64,000 bases of DNA from Bugula neritina. Taxonomy: Eukaryota; Animalia; Bryozoa. The stretch lies in assembly GCA_964035545.1 (NCBI GenBank), contig OZ037765.1:28395504-28459503 (forward strand), in the 5' to 3' direction. The position numbers and the translations under genes were made by a program. Below the pieces are notes generated by a model that did not search any database, was not told the DNA's origin, and was given only the letters and a program-made list of their open reading frames with translations. Below are positions 1 through 14,100 of the stretch, one piece after another. The first letter of the stretch is position 1; each line of letters opens with the position of its first letter.

Positions 1-620
1 TATCCCTATCAGTATGAGTATCACTATCAATAACTGTAAGACTAAGAGTAACCGTAAGTGAGTATATTGTATAAGTAAGACTTATTGACTATCACTGTCA
101 CCATCAGTATCACTATTAGTATTACCATTAGTACTACTACTACTATTACTATTAGTCTATTACTAATACTAATAGTTATAGTAATAGTATTACTATTAGT
201 ATTAGTAATACTAATAGTAATAGTAAATGTAATACTAATAGAGTAATACTAATAGTATTAGTATTACTCTATTAGTATTAGTATTACATTTACTATTATT
301 ATTACTATTAGTATTACTATGACTATTACATTTAGTGATTTACTATTACTCCATTACTATTAGTATTACTGTATTACTATTAGTAATACTATAACTATAG
401 TATAAGTATTAGTAATACTATTGCTATTAGTATTACTATTAGATTTAGTATTATTATTACTATTACTATTACTATTAGTATTACTATTACTCATTTACTG
501 TATTACTAGTATTAGTATTACTATTAGTAATTACTAATAGTAATAGTAATTAGTACGAGTATGTTTAGCACGAGCATAGAAATTAGAATAATATCAATAC
601 TAATAGTAATAGTTGAGACG
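1..620. repeat. Low-complexity (TAT/TAC/TAG)-rich tract with 3/6-bp periodicity
   Basis: Degenerate runs such as tattactattagtattag and agtaatactaatagt over about 600 bp, with no coding signal. Confidence 0.85.
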
Positions 621-1894
621 AAAACTTAAATTATTAACTGTAACAAATAATCAAAAGAGCATCAACATCTGCAGAAATTTTTTTTATATAATTTATATAA
701 CCTAGAGGCTACATAATCGGCAATGCAGGAAACACATAATGACTTTTGTATGACCTTGAAGATTTTTTTTTTACCGTTATTATTCACCCAATAACAATAA
801 AGTTTCATTGAAAATTTGTCCAATGGCATGAAACTTGATTCATTCAAGTTATGATAGCCCGTGCTACAAAGGTTCTCTGCATATGCCACAATGTAAAAGC
901 TAGCAAATCGTATTCTTTTGAAGAACACGTTGACTATATAATATATGTTTTACAGTCTAAGTAACAGCAGTAGGGAACAAAAATAGCTAAAATTAGTTTT
1001 TACTTCGTAATTATAATATTGGTGCGCATAGTAGTAAGTAAGTGAGTCATACAAGTTATCCCACATAACTCTAAGTCTATGGTTGTAGTAATGAGTTTAC
1101 TAAGTTGATCAAGCACATCAATTTTAAATTTACGACTGCTATTTGGATTCTATTAGTATTACTATTAGCTAAATATCAGAATTTATATTATTTTATTTAA
1201 TATTTTAATTTAGTTTTATTAAATAGTAAATACTAATAGTAATTACTAAAAGTAAATTAAATTTATTTTTGTTCAACCTCAAAGTTATACTTATTAAGAT
1301 GATGATCATCATGATTATTATAACTTTGACTATAAGTATAACTGTATAACTATAAGTATAACTATAACTGTATAAGTAAAACTAAAAGTATAACATTAAC
1401 TATAAGTAGGCCTAAGGCTAATACTAATAGTATAACTATAAGTATAAAATTAAATATAATAATAAATATTAATATAAATATTATTTATTTTTTAAATTGT
1501 GATAGCTTTGTCACTAACTTTGTGGGTTGTTAAACTTAACGGAACCTTTAAGTTTTAGTGATTAGTCTAATTCACTTTCAGTTAGTGTTGGTGTTACACT
1601 TACTGTTACACTTGCTGTTAGTTTTAGTGAGTTACCAAAATAAAAAGTATCACTATCTGTAACTATACTGTAACTGTAAGTACAAGCTACAGCTGTAGGC
1701 AATTGAAACTTAAGGTTCCTGTTGAGATTAGGCAAATTTAGCAAGTTTCAAATGGCTAAGATTGTAGATGATTGTTTTCAGAAATAATTATAATCCGTGA
1801 TAGTATTAGTTATTGTACCTATGATTAATGTCATTCTTACTCTAAGACTGATGGTATCACAGGCAAATGGGCATGAAAAGGGCTTTTTATTGTG

Positions 1895-2272
1895 TTTGGG
1901 TAGCATAGCATACAATTTTCTGTGCATTTCTCATCTAGACTATGCATCTACAACATTCAACCCCATACCACAAAAAAAAAACAATTTCCATTGAAGAAAT
2001 ACAAAAACTGGTTGTAAGAGCCATAGCTAGTATCAAAGGTCAAAAGCAGTGCATCAAACAGAGGAAAGACTGGAGCTAGTCAATCTTGATGGAAAGAGAA
2101 GAGTTTGAAAGACTAAAAACTGCTTATGAGATCACTCTATATGCTCCTTAAAGAAAAACAGTGCTCCAGCTTTCTGCTGCATATGATGATTTAATGAGGA
2201 CCCGTTTTGATATTGCAATAGCCAGTACCACAATAGTTTTCTACCACAAATTTCAACTAGACAAATCTAAGC
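1895..2272 (+). mobile_element. Degenerate 3' fragment of a CR1-group LINE ORF2, related to the element at 11435-13325
   Basis: Translated pieces IAYNFLCISHLDYASTTFNP, LSAAYDDLMR and QYHNSFLP align colinearly with [30 protein letters not shown] and AYHNSFLP in the intact LINE ORF. The fragment is broken by frameshifts and stops. Confidence 0.8.
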
Positions 2273-4481
2273 ATGAACTTAACCAAACATTGACTGTCCA
2301 AGTGGCAGGTACTTTTATACAATATTACTCTACTATCTCTCACAGCCTACAGCCTAATTTGTTAACCTCTCTGTCCGACTTTATATATGTGAACCACATA
2401 ACTTGGAGGTAATAATACTCTTGATATTGATAACAATGATAGATTTGCACCAGTTTTTAAACTTATTATAATGCCCAATCATAATGATAACCGTTAATGT
2501 ATAATTGTTGTAGTAGTTATTATCAATTGCAATGCATATTAATTTATTTCATATGCCAGTAAGCATGAGTGTATTATTGATTCTTTTTAATTCAACTTAG
2601 CTGTTATGATGACCTTTATTATATTCATTATGTAAGCACAAAGTCAAATGTAATCAAATGAACACTCAAACGGATACTAATAGTGATAGTTATATTATTA
2701 GAAAAATTAAATTAATAATGCAATACTAATTGCAGTTAGTTACTCATTGTTAGTGATTACATCACTGGTAGTTCAGTATGGCTATCACTGACATACTAGT
2801 ATTAAATAATGTGATTATGATTATATTTTAGTTGAATTTACTTTTTATTTAAATTCGAATTTGAACTGCAATCTCAATTTGTTATAAAGTTTAACATTTG
2901 GTTGTTTTAAATATATGGCAACTGCCTATTCTTTCAAACATCAATTGTCTAATTTAATGAGAAAATTTATTTTATGTTGGGTTTGATGTTAAGTATTAGC
3001 ATCAACTTCAAATATTAGTTTCTGTATTGTTGCTATTCCTTGTTATTCTTATTACCATATTCTCAGTGGCTAGCATAGCTGTAACTGTCTAAGCCCTAAG
3101 GTATAGTCACAGTAACAGAGTTATAGTATGAGTATAGCTTATAGCCTATAGCCTTTATGTTAATTGTAGGTTACAAGTCTTTACTATACTTGTAGAATTT
3201 TTGCAACAATAATGTTTAAGTCCACATAGTACTGAACTTCATCAAAACCTGAAATGATACCTTATCTACTACACCACTAAAAAACCTTAAAATTAAGACC
3301 ATGAGAAAAAGAGTTTTCGATGTTTTATACAATGCAATTTTCTACAACAGATGTTATTAAGCAGCTGAGCTGACTGCCAATAACTATTTTTCAATAATGC
3401 TGGAACTCTGTATTCTAGCTTTAATATTTATATACTAGCATTTCTAGCTGCAGTTTTTTCTTTAGTCTTGATTTAATTGTAGAAATATAGGCCTACTAAA
3501 TTCGGTGGCTTTTTCTGTTATAATTTTAGAATATTGGTAAAATTTGGGTTAAATTACTTGGTAGTGTTAGAGTTTTATTAATCATCACAGCTATTAATTG
3601 TTTTTCAGAGTGAGCAAATTATTTTATCTATGACTTTCTTGCTCACCCTAAAGAGTTCATAAAGCTATCATGCCACCCTGCTTAGGGTTTTATTTTGCAT
3701 AAAATCGTTCATCAAAAAGTAGTTTAGAAAAAAAATTGAACAGAATTAGGATAAAAAAAACAATTTTTGGTAGCAAGTTCAAAATTCACATAACACAATA
3801 GAGTAACTATTTGCCTAATGGCTGATGCTTATATTATTTAAAATTAGATTAGATTTTAAATTAGATTTGTCTAAAATAGACTTAGTTGAACCCTGTTAAG
3901 ATAACTATATGTTTTTAAGTACCAATATTTTGATCAATCATGTTACTAAAAATAAATTGTTCAAAGGTTCGGTAACCTGGCATGTATGTAGAGTATTTAA
4001 AATAGTATTTAAAACTGAAGTTATGTTGGTGAAATCTGAATAATACTCAATCGTTCAAGGAACTTAGCAATCATTCAATGAGCAAATAAGTTGCAATAAA
4101 TTTAATATAAAGCAAATTAATTGTTCTAGTGTAGCATGGTATGAATGAAAATTAAAACAATAATCAATACAAGCATTCGTCATACACTGCTCAATCAGCC
4201 ATGCAGTACACAAGTTAGCTTTCAGTTTAGTAACTCCCCATCCTCTTCAGTTTCTTTTTAAATATACTGATTTATAGGAGTTAAAGCCTGTTCATAGTTT
4301 GCCGTATTTCTAGCATTAGATCTAGTTAAAACTACACAGATCAAACAGATTTAAATTGAAGCATGGTATGTTGAAGCTGCTTTTACAGCAGGATATGCAA
4401 CGCAGTTGTTGGTATATAATATTATCTTTTCATAATTTCAGACTGACTCAACATAATGATCTGGCCTATATTAACTTAGGG

Positions 4482-7400
4482 ATGGCTACAGAAACAGGAG
4501 AAAGCTTTAGCTCTCATGAAAATTCCCTAGATAATGCTAATGATTTGGAAGGTAATTTCATATTTTAATCAGCTCTTCATATTTTTGATACAGAAATTAA
4601 CCCAGTTCATACTATCCTATGCCAGAGTATTAAACGTAATTTTAACTGAACGTGGTGCACCGTGTCATTCTGGGGTGATCATCTTAAATATTGATAATAT
4701 GCACCATATTACAGCATTTGTTGTTTGAAATGAAATTATTGTCATAATAAATATGATAGTTGCTAATATTGTTAGCTCCTCTCACTTGTTCTATCTATAT
4801 AAATACTGTGTTTTATATTATAAATCATTCAACCTAATAAACTAGTAAATATTCCACATATTTATAAACGCCTACAAATTATTACAAATTACAACTATAC
4901 AAATAATTCCCAACACAACAAGTCAAGTACACCGGTTCATACTATGAAAACTAATGGTAAACTGACATTCAAATTACTAATGTATTTCTGCACTGCTGCA
5001 AAAAGTAGCTAATGAAACTTATGGGATGGTCCAACTCATCCCAAACTTTAGTGAGTTAAGCATACAAATTGCTATCACTGCCAACAGCTTGTCTTTTAGG
5101 ATATGATAATGAATTTATTCCTCCTGACCATTGCTATGAGTGTCCTATATGCATGATGTGCCTAAGAGAGCCCTACCAAACAGACTGTGGCCATAGGTTT
5201 TGTAGAAACTGTATAAAGCGTTGGCTTAGGTAAGCATGAAATGTGTCTATGTGTTTCTATGTTGTTTAGTTGTCTAGTCATCCTGAACATTGGTAAACGT
5301 GAAACAAAAAAATATTTGTGTACTGCTTTTGGAGTATGATAATGTTAGTCTAATGCTTTTTTGACAATTTCAGTCAGGATTGAAGGCCTCTGAAAGTAGT
5401 TTTTTGCCAACAAAAACATTTGGTTGATGGTATTTTATTATAGGTGTTGTTATAGTGTTGTGATCTATCTATACTGAACACTGTTATATGTAAATGCTCT
5501 GTGTGTTGTTATTAATATAGACATATGTACATAATGTTATTTTATCTGATGAAAAAATGATAGGCTTTTAGAACAATAGCATTGTGTCTGTAGAAGTTAA
5601 AAACTATTGAATCATATTATACAATGTTAATTAGTGTTGTGTGACGTTTGCATGAATAGAACTAATGCTCCTGGAAGGAAATGTCCAGCTTGCAATGACA
5701 TCCTCACTAGTGAACAAATATATCCAGACAATTTTGCTAAAAGAGAGATTTATTCTTTGGAAGCTAAATGCAGATATTCCAAGAGTGGATGCGAGGTGCA
5801 AGACAGTCTGAAGTCACTTTTAGTATGTAACAAAAATTGATTTCTCATTAGATTAGTCAATAATAATAACTTTGGCTAGTAACTCATGTAGATAATTATA
5901 CAGCAGATGGTAAGCAAAGTGGTGATTAGACTGAGAGAGTAGTAGCTGTGTGCAACATGCGTTGTTGGCATTTTATTTCATTTATTATGACTATATGTGT
6001 GCTAATCTATTTCAGACTATGGTTTAGATTGGCATCGTTGCTATGTCAATAGTGATGTTAATATTTCAGAATCACGAAAGGCATTGTGAATTTAGACCAA
6101 GGAAGTGTCCTAATTGTGGCCAGGTTGTTGTATGTAAAGACATGGACGAACATTTGAGTAAACTTTGCCCCAAACTAACTGTCGAATGTCAACTATGCAG
6201 ACACCATGTGCAACTCTCTAATCTAGATAACCATAGAAACTTGTGTGCTATAGGTAATAATTCTTGTCCGGATTGCGGTGAATCTTTAGACTCGAAGGTA
6301 ATTCTATTAGACTACTCAGACTATGTCCCATAATATTCTCAGTATTCACCTCTTTCTACTAGAATATGTAGACTGTATATGCTATAGCATCATGTCTTAT
6401 ATATGTAGATGCTATAGCATCACGTCTTATATATGTAGATGGTATAACATCATGTCTTATATATGTAGACGCTATAGCATCATGTCTTATATATGTAGAT
6501 GCTATAGCATCATGTCTTATATATGTAGATGCTATAGCATCATGTCTTATATATGTAGATGCTATAGCATCATGTCTTATATATGTAGATGCTATAGCGT
6601 ATCTTAGCATCCTATAGCAGACCTACAAGTTATCAGATATTCCACTGAACTAGTTATTACAGTGCTGGTTTTGCATCGCTCTGTGTGTTGGCTGACTGTA
6701 CTGACAAGTTTGTGTTGTTTATTCCATGTTTATGGTTGAGTATAAATCAAATTGCTAAACTCTGCAAGCTCTATGCCAGTGTGGAAATGCATTAGGAAGA
6801 GATAGTAATGTTTAGGTTGCCTGCATTTTGAGCAGTGGCATATCTCCCATCAGTAAGCTAGTAGCCAGCATAATAAGGGACATTTTGTACAAGTGTATCA
6901 TTTGTATGCAGATTTTGCTCTCTAGGCAGTAGTCAAAATAATGTATATTTTACTAACCTCTATTTCTTACGCAACACTCATGTGAATTCATGACTCATCT
7001 TAGCTTGATATAGTTTGTACAGCTCACAGCTATGCTGCTGGAAAACGAACTTTTTGAATAAATATTTCTCTCCCTTTCAATATATTTAGCATTGCTAATA
7101 GACGCCAAGAGCTCACAGAAAAAACTTAACTTGGTTGAATAACACTGAAAAATGTAGTTTCAGTATCATGCTTTACCTACCTTATGTACTACTGCCTCTG
7201 GTTACAGCTATTGTAATATTTACCTGCATGGAAATTTTTGAAATTTGTTAGCAGTTTAGATGTTTTCTTTATTGATTTAGAACTCAGCTGATAAGCTTCA
7301 CACCTGTTCGAAAGAGATGAGTAAATGTAGATTTAATAACTTTGGATGCAAATACAAGGTATGCATTTATTTATTCTAAGTGTGTTTCTTTCATTTATTC

Positions 7401-8649
7401 AAAGTTAATACTGTATATTTAGCTTTATTTCTAACCCCTACCTACAGGTTAAGTTATGTTTATTGCTTATTAATCCCATTGGAATAATAATTTCCTCTAG
7501 TCTTGGCTTTGTTGTTGCTGAATGTACAATAATGAGTTCACATTCTGAGCAAAAGGCATGCTGACCTATCTCAGCCGAGCTCAGGGAAATGAACTCAACT
7601 TGGTTCATGTTGTGCTGCTGTAAGAGGAAACTGAACTATTTGTTCATGTGATATCAACTGCTAACATTGATTGCTTTCAGGGTTTACAGACTGAGATGAG
7701 AAGCCACATGGAGCAGTATCAAAGAGAGCATTTAGCTATGCTAGCTGACTCAGTTGAGCAACTCATGTCAAAATACCCGAAACCATCCCCTGACGTTGCG
7801 GCAATGGGAGCACAATTACAAAACTTTTTCTCAGCTTCTACTAGTGCAGAGTGTGCACCTCGGGACCATGCAATGGCTGCTGCCGTTGATTTTGAAGAGG
7901 ATCTAAAAAAGCCTAAGTTAAAGCGGGCTGCCTCATTGGCCACTCAGCCAGAAAAGAGCTTTGTTGAATCTGAGTCTATGAGATATGGAAGTGGTGAATA
8001 TGCTGTGGAACAGTCTGGTGATGTGGTGTTGCAGCTTCGTAATCAAGTAGCTAGTCAGCAACAGCATATTATTGAACTTCAGTCTAAAGTTAATTATTTA
8101 GAGAGCACTGTTCAAGATGCCCGATCAGATTTACAGAATGTTAAATTGGATTTCAAGAGACGCTTGTGTCACGGAAGTTTTGTTTGGAGACTAAAGAATT
8201 ATAAGAAGTTGAGAGAAGAAGCAAGGCTCGGCGCCCCTAACTGTGTGCTTCATAGTCCAGGGTTTTACACTAGTTTTAATGGTTATCAGTTTTGTATAAG
8301 ACTCAATCTAAATGGAGTGGAGAATGCTCAAGGCACTCATTTATCATTATTTATTCACTTGATGCAGTCGGAGAATGATGACATCTTAGCTTGGCCTTTT
8401 ACCGGAAAAGTCACACTGACGATATGCGATCAGCACCAGGTGGCTAGCAAGCGCACTTCTATCTCGGAGACGCTGGTGGCAAAACCTGGTTTAGCAGCCT
8501 TTCAGCGACCAACCACTTTTAGAAACCACAAGGGTTTTGGGTACATGGAATTTGCGCCAATTTCGTATCTTGAAAGTGAAGACAGGTACTTCATCAAAGA
8601 CGATGTGCTGCTTATAAAAGCAGAGATTCGATCAACTTCTGTCTCTTAA
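4482..8649 (+). CDS. TRAF6: TNF receptor-associated factor 6 (RING, zinc fingers, coiled coil, MATH); coding exons 4482-4551, 5100-5229, 5660-5822, 6070-6297, 7281-7358, 7681-8649
   Basis: All introns are GT-AG with consistent phases. [33 protein letters not shown] and PDNFAKREI match the TRAF6 RING region. The MATH domain contains [20 protein letters not shown] and KGFGY. Confidence 0.93.
6363..6603. repeat. 30-bp minisatellite (atatgtagatgctatagcatcatgtcttat), about 8 copies, in a TRAF6 intron
   Basis: Direct tandem copies are visible. The unit contains the palindrome atgctatagcat. Confidence 0.95.
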
Positions 8650-11125
8650 CCAGGCTGCTTGGATTTCAATTAGTTTTTGGCCAGTAGAAATTCCTTTCTT
8701 ATTAGGTAATTTAATATGAGTAATACCAGCTTACTTGTCTCTCTAATCATATACAGAAGCATTCTATTGTAAACATTGGCAGCAATAAGACTTTTTCGTT
8801 TGATTATTTTATTTTGTGTAAATTTTTATTCTAGTTGCTATCTTGTTTTATGTAGTGTGTTGATATATTTGACTTTATTGTCATTGCTGTTTTCATTAAT
8901 AACTTATTGGAAAAATGGATAATTAGATTTAACAATGTAGATTTTATACAGATTTGACTGGAATTTTAGTGTAGTAGAAATCTATGATATTTTTGCCTTG
9001 TTTCAATTATTTATACTTGTTAGTACTGGTGTTGGTACTGGTGAAATTAGAACACCTTTTCGAACCTATACTTGATTACTTCCTGCATTGCTTTTGTTAT
9101 CAAATTACCCAGTCTGCAAAGTGTTTCTCATTCAGTTGATTGATTACCATTTACTGTGTTCTTATTGGCTTAACGAATAGCCAATAGAAACGCAGATTTG
9201 ACATGAGATGAATTTTTTCACAAATATGCTTTGTTTACATAAGTGATAAGTTTTATTCAGCAATACCTACAAAACATGCCATGATCACATAGTCAAGGGG
9301 GTCCAAAAGTGAAGATTTTTATTGTTTAAATGATATTGCTGATTGTTTTTGAGTGTTGAAGTTATTTTAGTGCCCAAAAATTTGGCACTCCTATAATATT
9401 ATATACTGCTTACTAAGCTACTAGGTAAAATGAACTACTGTAATTTAGAAAAGAATGCAGAAGTTGGCAGAAATTTTGTAACTATTTATAACTGATAATC
9501 TGAAGAATAGTATTTAGTTGAAGAGGGTAATGAACTTGGCAAGTTGCTCAAAGTAGCTACCAGCTCCTACTCTAATATACTCAACACCTAAAGCATACAG
9601 ATTTTCAATAATTGTCATGCAACATGAAATGAAGCAGAAAGGTTTATTCCATTGATGTCAAGTAACCAAGTAACTTAGTAGCTTTGCCAAGTTCATGGAC
9701 ACTATAAGATACTGGGCACCATGCAACAAATTTGCCTATTATCTATGGAGATGCGTAAACTTAAAAATTGCAATAATAAAGCTTTATCTTATCAGTGTTA
9801 GTACACAGCTAGAGCATCTAATACGCCTGCAGGCAAATAAAAGCTAAACTTTGATTGCATTGTTTTGCATAAGTTGGCGACATTTGCAAACTTCCTGCAG
9901 TGAAGTAATAATTTAAACACCTGGATTTTATAATTAGCAAATAACAAATATCATAAATAGTAATTTATAATTATTATACTGTATTTGATATTATAATTAA
10001 TAGTGAGAAAGTCACAGTGACCTAAAGTAAAACTTTGCTTTTTATTCACTCAATAATTTCAATAACAACCCAACACCTTTGTAAAATATAACATGACAGA
10101 TTAAAAGTTGAGAAGCATTATTTGTGTAGGGATACTATGATTTTATTTTGCATTTAATATTAGTCTGCTTATACTATTTCAGCAATCTTTATTAATTTAT
10201 TTGATTGATCATCTGTATATTACTTTGGCATTGAATGCTTAAAACCTTTAAAGAGGCAATAAATTATATTAATTCAAATTAGCATAATTTCTTTGATATG
10301 CAAACTGCAGAAACTTTAAAATATCTCCTATGTTTGTTTGACAAGTAATGAGCACTTTAAAACCCTAGAAGTGACTTGACTTTTATATGGCTGAGTTTTG
10401 CTTTTTCTTTAATTTTGCTTAGAGCATTGGATAGGTGTAATAGGAATTGTCTCCTCTTGCAGTTTAACACCGTCTAAACTCTAAGCTAAATAAAAAAGAA
10501 GAATATGTAATTTATTGTATATAATGCAAAATTCAAATTAACATCTGAAAAAAATATAATCAATTTCAAGTAAGTAAATTATTGAAAAAGGCATGATGAT
10601 GATGAACTCTTTATTGATAAAATAATACAAGAAAAAAAAGAAAATACCTCTAGTTGCAGGCAAAGATGAAAGTTAATATTTTCGAATGAAAAAGGCAACT
10701 CTGCATGAAGAGATAACTATCGAAGATTTTGATGGGCCCAAGTTTCTATTTAATGAATATGTTAGAATTTATCATGTAGATAATTTCTAATTTGAATACT
10801 TACGCTCATGACTTTCTCTATAAACAGCTCCAAAGTGGGAGTGACTCCGAGTTCTATAGTTGGCGGTTCTCGAGCTTGAAGTTTGGGGTCCGAGCTTTAC
10901 AAGTATCACTCTCGATCTGGACCCAAAAGCGCGTTCTTCACTAGTAGTACTAGAGTAAAGTTGTGAAACTATTATACTATTTTCTAACACACATATATAC
11001 GGTAAAATTCCAATAACATAAGATTATCGTATTGGTAAAATGTACTCTTCGCCAACTTGATTTAAAAAAATTATATTACAAAATTGAAATTCAAGTTGAA
11101 CTTGAGAACATCGAGCGAGTTCGAC

Positions 11126-14100
11126 ATGGCAGCCCACGCTCAAGAAAACAAATTTGATTTTCACAAGTTGAAGTCTAGCATTCAGGTAGTTACTGTTACA
11201 ACTGTGGCTGTATTGAATATAAACCTACTCAGTTTAAGATAAAAAAGCTATTTTGTCAAGTTGAAATATTTTTGTAAGCTATAGCTAATGCCTAATGCCA
11301 ATGGTAATACTAATACTCAGTAATACTAATAGTAATACTAATACTGTAGTAATACTAATAGTAATACTAATAGACTTAGAGTTAGTGTATAACTAATTAC
11401 TAAGTATAACCATAGCCGACTAGTAGTAGTACTACTTACTTACTTCGATACTTCGACTTTAGCACACGCTAGATCACCATAAGGCGCAAGAGGCGTGCCT
11501 CAGCAGCTTGTTACAATACATTTGACATAGAATTATAACTGTATTTGCATACATTATGCATTTTAAATTTGGCAATTGTAGTACCTTTCAGGTTATCATT
11601 TATCAAGTATTTGGGGAGTTCCAATTCTTAGGTCTCTAATAGTGCGCGGTAGGAAGCTGTTATGATATGCTGTGCACATGGCAGATATCGCAGTTGGTAT
11701 TCCGTTAGAGGCAGCCCTCGTGGTAACGGTAGCGGTTGATTTGTCCCTTGTCAGTTCAGTGTAGCTGGAAGATAATGCCTGATGACATTCTTCTTTGGAC
11801 AGGATCTTCAAAAGGAGGGTTATTCGTAGGCTTTTGCGACGATCTTCCAGTGATGATATGTTGAGTTGTTCTCTTGCATCACTGATGCTAGCCTCCCGGC
11901 CTTTGAGACAGCAGATGAATCTAATAGCTCGGTTCTGGACTAACTCAATTTCTTTCACAAGTTGCTTTGTTACAGGATCCCAAGTGGTTGCAGCGTATTC
12001 TAGTATAGGTCTGCAGAGAGTCATATATGCCAGCAGCTTTGCTTTCTTGGGAGCTCCATAGAGGGATAGCTTTAGCATGCCAAGAACCTTGTATGCTTTG
12101 TTTATTTTCTTAGTTATGTGGCTGTGAAACTTGAGGTTAGATTGTAGTGTAACTCCAAGGTAGGTAATCTCATCTACGTAAGGCAATGTTTCTCCCCCTA
12201 GTCGATATGATGGTAGAATTTGGGGATCTTTGCCAAATGACATGATTCGGCATTTTGAGGAGTTGAACGGCATCTTCCACTTCAGAGACCAATTCTCAAT
12301 CTGTTCAATATTCTTTTGGAATTTTCGGACATCATCTAGGGAGTCCACCTCTTGAAAAATCAGTGTGTCATCAGCAAATAAACTGACACTGCAACTTAGT
12401 AGATCAGGGAGATCATTGATGTAAAGAAGGAATAGGGTGGGCCCCAGGACAGAGCCCTGTGGAACGCCAGAAAAGACTGGTAATCTACCAGAAGAGTGGC
12501 CATCTATGATTACTTGCTGCTCTCGCTTTGTCAAAAAATTCTGGAGCCATCGGAGTATGTGAGGATTAATTCCATCAACGACGCTTAACTTATGTATGAG
12601 TAGCTTGTGGGGGACTTTGTCGAAGGCCTTCTGGAAGTCGAGGACAAGAGCATGAGTGGTGTGAGAGTTGTTCATTGACCTGGCAATTTCATGGAGGGTT
12701 CCACAAAGCTGTGTTTCGCAGGACAAGCCACGACGGAAACCATGTTGACGATTATGGAGGATGGGATCTAACAGTTTATTGAGATAGTGTAGCACAATGT
12801 GTTCCAGTAACTTGCAAGGTATACTGGTTAATGATATTGGTCGATAGTTGTTTGGCATATCTAGCTGGCCTTTCTTGTGGACAGGGATGATGTTGGCTAG
12901 CTTCCATCCCGCAGGAAGTTTGGCACTGCGCAAGGATGCGTTAAAGATTAGTGTTAGGCAGTTGGCTATCAATCTAGTATCGATGCAGAGATGCTCTTTG
13001 TTAAGTCCGTCCGGACCAGGTGCCTTACCAGTTTTGAGATCGTTCAGAAGCTTTTCCACCCCATCGGGAGTCACATTCAGATCATCATCATCAGAGTGAT
13101 AAGGGAGGTCGTCGGTGAAGAAATCTTGCTGGCAGAACTGTTGCTGAAAAAAATTATTGAGTATCTCAGCATTTTCTCGAGGATCAGTTGTGGAAGTACC
13201 ATTAGGGTGAGTAAGTGTCAGCATGGGTTTTGTTTTGTTCTGAATATTCTTCAGATATTTAAAGAAGGGTTTGCTGTTTCCAGCTTCCAATGGTCCGCAT
13301 ACCACTTCAGTGTATAGTTGTAGACCTACTACTACTAGTACTATTACTACGATCATTTTAATTTTGCTTCAAAGTGAAAGTAACAGTTGAGGTTGACTCG
13401 ACATAAAAGTGTATCACTATAATACTGACTATCACTATAGTAATACTCAAATAGTCAGTATGAGTATAACTATAAGTATAAGTAAAACCTGAGGCTAATA
13501 TCAATCAATATCAAATTGAATATGAAATTGAATATGATCAATGATGACTATTTATTAATAATATTAATATTACTATTAGTATTAGTTTAATATTGAACTT
13601 TTTACAATATTTATATTGTAACATAAAATTTAACAGGCTCAAAGGGGTGCTTATGTATTAATTATATTACTATTAGTATTATCATCATTATGCTTATGCT
13701 TAGCCTTATTGCGATAAAAATCACAATGAACTTAAATAATGAATTACTGCTGTATTAAATTTAGCACTAATAACAATAACATTATTGTACAGTTACTAAT
13801 AGTAATTGTGATTCAATGATAATTGTATTTAGATGATCACTGAGCTACCGTGATCTTAGGGTTAGACTGGTGAGTCATAGGTTCTAACCCCAGTAAAGGC
13901 CATTAATGATGTTAGGAAGAGTAACCAGTCATAATTGCTGCTGTGCCCCATCTGAATAAGTCTTTAGCCCATTTTCATCAGGGATTTTTCACAGAGATAG
14001 TGACTATAAACTTGCGCGAGAGTTTATTTACTAATAAACCATACAAGTATACCAGGTCCTAACTTCCATGGTAACACCAAGTCTAACGTTTGGTGTTTAT

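Noticed and set aside
662-928. 88-aa minus-strand ORF, a possible first exon of a divergent gene
   Set aside because: No recognisable homology and no convincing splice pattern within the window.
6323-6610. 30-bp palindrome-containing repeat resembling a CRISPR array, with ORFs on both strands
   Set aside because: The units are contiguous with no unique spacers, there are no cas genes, and the context is a eukaryotic intron.
11795-13317. Plus-strand ORFs inside the LINE
   Set aside because: They are antisense shadows of the RT ORF with no independent signature.
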